Shown here one piece after another: positions 35,601-40,375 of a DNA stretch of 40,375 nt (position 1 is the stretch's first letter; each line of letters starts with the position of its first letter). This DNA is from Octopus bimaculoides (taxonomy: Eukaryota), in contig NC_068991.1 in NCBI RefSeq assembly GCF_001194135.2, positions 50,958,703 through 50,999,077 of the forward strand. Reading direction: 5' to 3'. Below the pieces are notes generated by a model. It did not search any database. It saw only the letters and a list, made by a program, of their open reading frames with translations, and was not told the origin of the DNA. A program made the translations under genes and the position numbers.

Positions 35601-36039
35601 AAGTGATGAGGTGCAGGAAATTCTAGAAGATTCTGGTAGATCAAAAATATTCACAGGACAACTTGAAGTCAGCTTATTTCAAATGTAAAGTGATAATGAT
35701 GTGTCTCAAATGAGACATGATTCTTAATCAGCTAATGGTGCTGGTGATGGAATATTAGTATTAGTTTAATACATTACCAATTCCATTTAATATCCTTAAT
35801 TTTAGTATGTTGCTGTTTAATAGCTTTCAATGAAATATCTATCTTTATTTGTGACATACATTTCTTTGTGTGCTTGGTGTGGAGTTCAGCTACTAACACT
35901 TGTTTGCTCTCTTTGCTTTGGGCTGAGAGGGTTAAACATAAATATATGTCTGTATCCTCTTCTTTTTCTTCAGCTTATGAGTGATATTTCAACAAGCTCA
36001 GGGTTTTGTGAAGCACACTTGTGGCTACTCTCATCCAGC

Positions 36040-36312
36040 TGGGTTATTTGCAAAGAGGCAATGGCAAATGACCAAGACTGTTGGCAATTTGCTGTGCTTG
36101 AGAAAACATGTCAAGCTTAGTGAAATCATGGCCAATGTCGGTGACATGTAAAAGACGCCCATGCCAGTGACACATAGGCACCTGAGCTGGTGACATGTTA
36201 AAGGCACCCATGTCAATGACACTTTAGAAGTATCTATACTGGTGGCACATAAAAGGCACTTGGTACACTCTGTGTGGTTGGCTTTAGGAAGGGCATCCAG
36301 CCATAGAAACTA
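36040..36312 (+). mobile_element. Decayed RTE ORF end and 3' UTR
   Basis: KEAMANDQDCWQFAVLEKTCQA* aligns by eye to TEAMTTDRDLWKCAVREKTRQAK* (18692 ORF), followed by the UTR motif gtggttggc.ttaggaagggcatccagc. Confidence 0.75.
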
Positions 36313-36489
36313 TGACTTGGTGATTTCAATGCTCAGTTAGTCCTTGTGACCCAAATCTTTAGCCATTCTGATTCTTTAGAGTCACCAGCATATCTCTCTG
36401 TTTGATGGTGTAGTCTATGAACCACGAACCTTCAACTCCAGTGTACCTCAACATTTGGGTATATCCTCCATAAATCTCTTCCTCTACAT

Positions 36490-36733
36490 CAGTAGTTCTC
36501 AGCCAGAGTCTGTACAACCCTTGGGAGTCTACATAAGAATTTGTTATTAAAGTTTATGAACAATAGATTAGTTATACTTCTATAACATACAAAATATTTT
36601 AACAAATTTTTATGTAATCCCTAATAATATCTGATTATAGAAATGTAACAGAGTTTTTTTTAACATGTGGTTCTAGCAGAACAAAATAGGAATCAAAGGG
36701 GTCCATAGGCAAAAAAGTGGTGGAAAACCATTG
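36490..36733. mobile_element. hAT (Charlie-like) MITE
   Basis: Termini cagtagttctcagcc / ggtggaaaaccattg; 8-bp flanks ctctacat / ctctgcat (7 of 8 identical). Confidence 0.75.
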
Positions 36734-37566
36734 CTCTGCATTAACCTTTAGCATACTGTAGGTGCATCATGTCACCATATAAGTTCTCTCCCTTGTGGTA
36801 ACAGGGCAGTGGCAGGGAAAACAATTCTAGAGAAAATGCATTGTACTAAGGGTTAATAATTGGATAGCAGAAAATACTAGTCTGTTCAATGGCTGCCCTC
36901 CTACAAAGTTCCAGTAAGACCTACAACAGAGTAAGGTACCTGTATCTAGTAAGGTGCGACTGCTAAACACACTGAAACAACCCCCAACACATTCAAATAA
37001 AAACCATCCAGTAAATTTACAATGATCCATTTACTGACTCACGACACACTGCAACCCTCAAACAAATGCTATCTTTTCACTCGGCTTCTTCTGTTGGTGC
37101 TGCTGTTGCTTTTGTTCTTCTTAGTTCACTAGTTATAATATCACCCCAATCCAAGATAACATGACACAGCCCATCATTACTGCTGTTGTTATTCATACTG
37201 TGTCCTTCCCCCTCTTAGGCCCCCAAATGTGAACCCTATGAAAATGCCATCCCCTTTACATTTTTCTTGATGACATCAACTTATAGATATTCAAACATCA
37301 AATATGTCGTTGTGACCAATGTCAGAAGACCTGAAAAAATGAGCGGAAGTTTTTTTTCCCCCCACACACTTCTCTTTGCCTAAACCAACGAAAACTAAAA
37401 CTTTGATCTGCTAAATTGGTTAATTTTGTTTTCTTTTTATGCTTTATGCATGCACACATGCACGCATATGTTTGTGCACATGCACACACACACACACACA
37501 CACACACGGAATAATATTGAACAGCGAAAGTGTATGTTCAACACTGCATTTGGAGGATAAATATTT

Positions 37567-37782
37567 TTTATTTGTGGATTAACAGTGCTACCAATTATTT
37601 TATGTGGAAAGAACTTTCCCAGTCATCGTGTGATCTACTTCAAGATAATGGTAATGGCCTTCATTTTGGATGAGATCCTCCAAAATTGAGGCAATTACCA
37701 GCACTTTTAAATGAATCACTTGAAAATTGTAAAAATTCTTTTTACATGAAATCACTTGCAGCACTGTTAATCCACAAATAAA
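37567..37782. mobile_element. MITE-like element with perfect 23-bp terminal inverted repeats
   Basis: tttatttgtggattaacagtgct (37567-37589) and agcactgttaatccacaaataaa (37760-37782); imperfect pairing extends inward. Confidence 0.7.
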
Positions 37783-37814
37783 GTATGTGTGTGTGTGTGC
37801 ATGTGTGCATGTGT

Positions 37815-37985
37815 GCCATCATCATTATCAACATTTAACATCTCTTTCCCATGCTGGCATGGGTTAAGTGGCTTGACAGGAACTGGCAAGGTCAGGGGTT
37901 GCATCCAGTTCCATAGTCTATTTTGGCCTGGTTTCTACAGCTGGTTGCCCTTCCTAACACCAACCACTTTACAGAGTGTACACAT
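37815..37985 (-). mobile_element. Diverged RTE-type 3' UTR and tail
   Basis: catcatc...tttcccatgctggcatgggtt...gtttctacagctggttgcccttcctaacaccaaccac matches the family UTR in reverse. Confidence 0.75.
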
Positions 37986-39078
37986 TCGTACATGACACCT
38001 TGGTTTTAGGATCTCAGTTCTGTTGTGGTGGATGGGTCTTATATATATATATATATATATATNNNNNNNNNNNNNNNNNNNNNNNNNNNNNNNNNNNNNN
38101 NNNNNNNNNNNNNNNNNNNNNNNNNNNNNNNNNNNNNNNNNNNNNNNNNNNNNNNNNNNNNNNNNNNNNNNNNNNNNNNNNNNNNNNNNNNNNNNNNNNN
38201 NNNNNNNNNNNNNNNNNNNNNNNNNNNNNNNNNNNNNNNNNNNNNNNNNNNNNNNNNNNNNNNNNNNNNNNNNNNNNNNNNNNNNNNNNNNNNNNNNNNN
38301 NNNNNNNNNNNNNNNNNNNNNNNNNNNNNNNNNNNNNNNNNNNNNNNNNNNNNNNNNNNNNNNNNNNNNNNNNNNNNNNNNNNNNNNNNNNNNNNNNNNN
38401 NNNNNNNNNNNNNNNNNNNNNNNNNNNNNNNNNNNNNNNNNNNNNNNNNNNNNNNNNNNNNNNNNNNNNNNNNNNNNNNNNNNNNNNNNNNNNNNNNNNN
38501 NNNNNNNNNNNNNNNNNNNNNNNNNNNNNNNNNNNNNNNNNNNNNNNNNNNNNNNNNNNNNNNNNNNNNNNNNNNNNNNNNNNNNNNNNNNNNNNNNNNN
38601 NNNNNNNNNNNNNNNNNNNNNNNNNNNNNNNNNNNNNNNNNNNNNNNNNNNNNNNNNNNNNNNNNNNNNNNNNNNNNNNNNNNNNNNNNNNNNNNNNNNN
38701 NNNNNNNNNNNNNNNNNNNNNNNNNNNNNNNNNNNNNNNNNNNNNNNNNNNNNNNNNNNNNNNNNNNNNNNNNNNNNNNNNNNNNNNNNNNNNNNNNNNN
38801 NNNNNNNNNNNNNNNNNNNNNNNNNNNNNNNNNNNNNNNNNNCATTCAATGACAATATGAGTCTTCAAAGACAGTTGCTCCCATAAATTCTAAAATAAAA
38901 TTTAGGATTTATGGAAGATTAAAGTTGGGGACAAAAACATGACAGTGGAGGCATACAAGGAAACTGAATGAAAACAAACATGGAGGGTCATGAATGAAGG
39001 GAAAATAGTGAATGCTGGGAGAAACATTTTTTGAAAAAAGAAAAATAGAAGAGAGAGAGAGGGAGAGAGAAAAAAACA

Positions 39079-39153
<75 letters not shown>

Positions 39154-39603
39154 TATATATGATGAACTCTCCCGTTGTTAAACGATGTATGAGGGTTTGA
39201 CAATTTTGACAATTTCTTAAAGAACAACCACACAGATGATTTGTTTATAGTAATTAGATGTTTGCGTAGACATAAGCTCACTCTCTCCATTAGGCTGCCA
39301 TTATCTGTACAGGTGCAACTGCTGCCACATGTCAGATGTCGAAATTATTACAGAACAACGTGAAATGAAATGCTTTGCCCAAGAACACAATGCAACGCCT
39401 GGTCTGGGAATCGAAACCACAATCTCGCAATCATGAGTGCAACACCTTAACCACTTAGCCATGTGTCTGTATATGTAGATTTCTCCTGTCTATATTTTCT
39501 AAAGCTAATATGGAAAAAAAGATATATGATATCTATAGTTGCAGAGACTTTTCACATTTGTATATTTTGTTGATGTTTTAAAATAAAAATTCTTTATCTT
39601 CAG

Positions 39604-39743
39604 CATCTCCTTGGAGTTCGTCTTGAAGACCTTGGTGGCCGCCAAACCATTTCCCGAACTGCCAGAAACAAACCTACAGTGGCTGACACATTTAAGCATC
39701 AACTCTCAGCCTTAGTTGATGTTTTGAAGTTAACAAATCCTTG
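39604..39743 (+). CDS. Myosin motor exon E (loop 2 / actin-binding helix): HLLGVRLEDLGGRQTISRTARNKPTVADTFKHQLSALVDVLKLTNP-W (split codon)
   Basis: tttatcttcag acceptor and GTAAGT donor; 140 nt, phase 0/2. KPTV...FK.QL..L...L..TNP precedes the expected YVRCIKPN, which would lie in the next exon beyond the window. Confidence 0.95.
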
Positions 39744-40049
39744 GTAAGTCATCTAGAAACGGCATAGCTAATTCCTCCTTTTTTAACAAATACTCCAACA
39801 CCCTCTCACCTCATCCTTTTGTTCAGTTTATTGTTCTATAAATTTCTGGCAAGATGAGATGGACATACAATTTACGACTCATAAATTCTGTATCTTTTAT
39901 GTTTATCGCCTTTAACCATCACTATCATTATCACCATTATCACTTCAGTGATATCATCATCATTTTCATCACCACCACCACCACCACAAACCACCAACAT
40001 CATCATCATCAGCATTAACATCATCACCTCTATTGTCATTGCAATCACC

Positions 40050-40082
<33 letters not shown>

Positions 40083-40375
40083 TTATGTTTGACTTTTGTT
40101 TTGCATTTGTACAAGTTGGATCCAAGTCTCACCCAGAGACCTCAAGAGACAACAAGTTAGAAGTTCATGTAGGTGTTATGCCTAGGGTACCATATATTTG
40201 GATTTGTACAGTTTTGTTCAAGTGAATGTTTAAGAAACCATAAGAAAATTATGTGTTTGCTTTAAAATTTGAGATCACATAGACAGTATTTTACGTAGGA
40301 TATGGGCAGTTCCCATGAGCACTATCTTTTGAACTTCAGCCATTTTTGGGTTTCCTGGAATCTGATCTAGGTAGT

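Noticed and set aside
22393-39603. Additional myosin exon in the 17-kb intron (for example a loop 2 insert)
   Set aside because: Exons D and E join in frame with a normal-length loop 2, and no myosin-like segment was seen. A short alternative exon cannot be excluded without RNA data.

Overview
Eukaryotic, AT-rich, repeat-dense animal genomic DNA with five assembly gaps. The repeat content (microsatellite-laden tRNA-SINEs, RTE LINEs with (GAT)n tails) suggests an octopus; this is inference, not a database result. The only host gene I can support is an unconventional myosin on the + strand. Five GT-AG exons (11643-11735, 14855-14929, 16353-16403, 22153-22392, 39604-39743) join in frame into about 200 aa of the motor domain, from the relay helix to the actin-binding region. 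None is in the ORF track, and the gene continues beyond both ends of this exon set. The rest is intronic: RTE, R4/Dong-like and mariner relics, several SINE families, hAT and other MITEs, and microsatellites. The most notable observations are: (1) several type I hammerhead-ribozyme folds, sense to the myosin pre-mRNA, two of which share a non-canonical U-U at the base of stem II; (2) a foldback insertion with a 12-bp target duplication and a decayed hammerhead in its arms, resembling a Penelope-like inverted pseudo-LTR; (3) a 430-bp palindrome with a 1-nt loop; (4) a CpG-rich, promoter-like island with two opposed GTCACGTGA boxes and a CCAAT box inside a myosin intron. All analysis was by eye. 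No folding, alignment or database search was run, and repeat boundaries are approximate.
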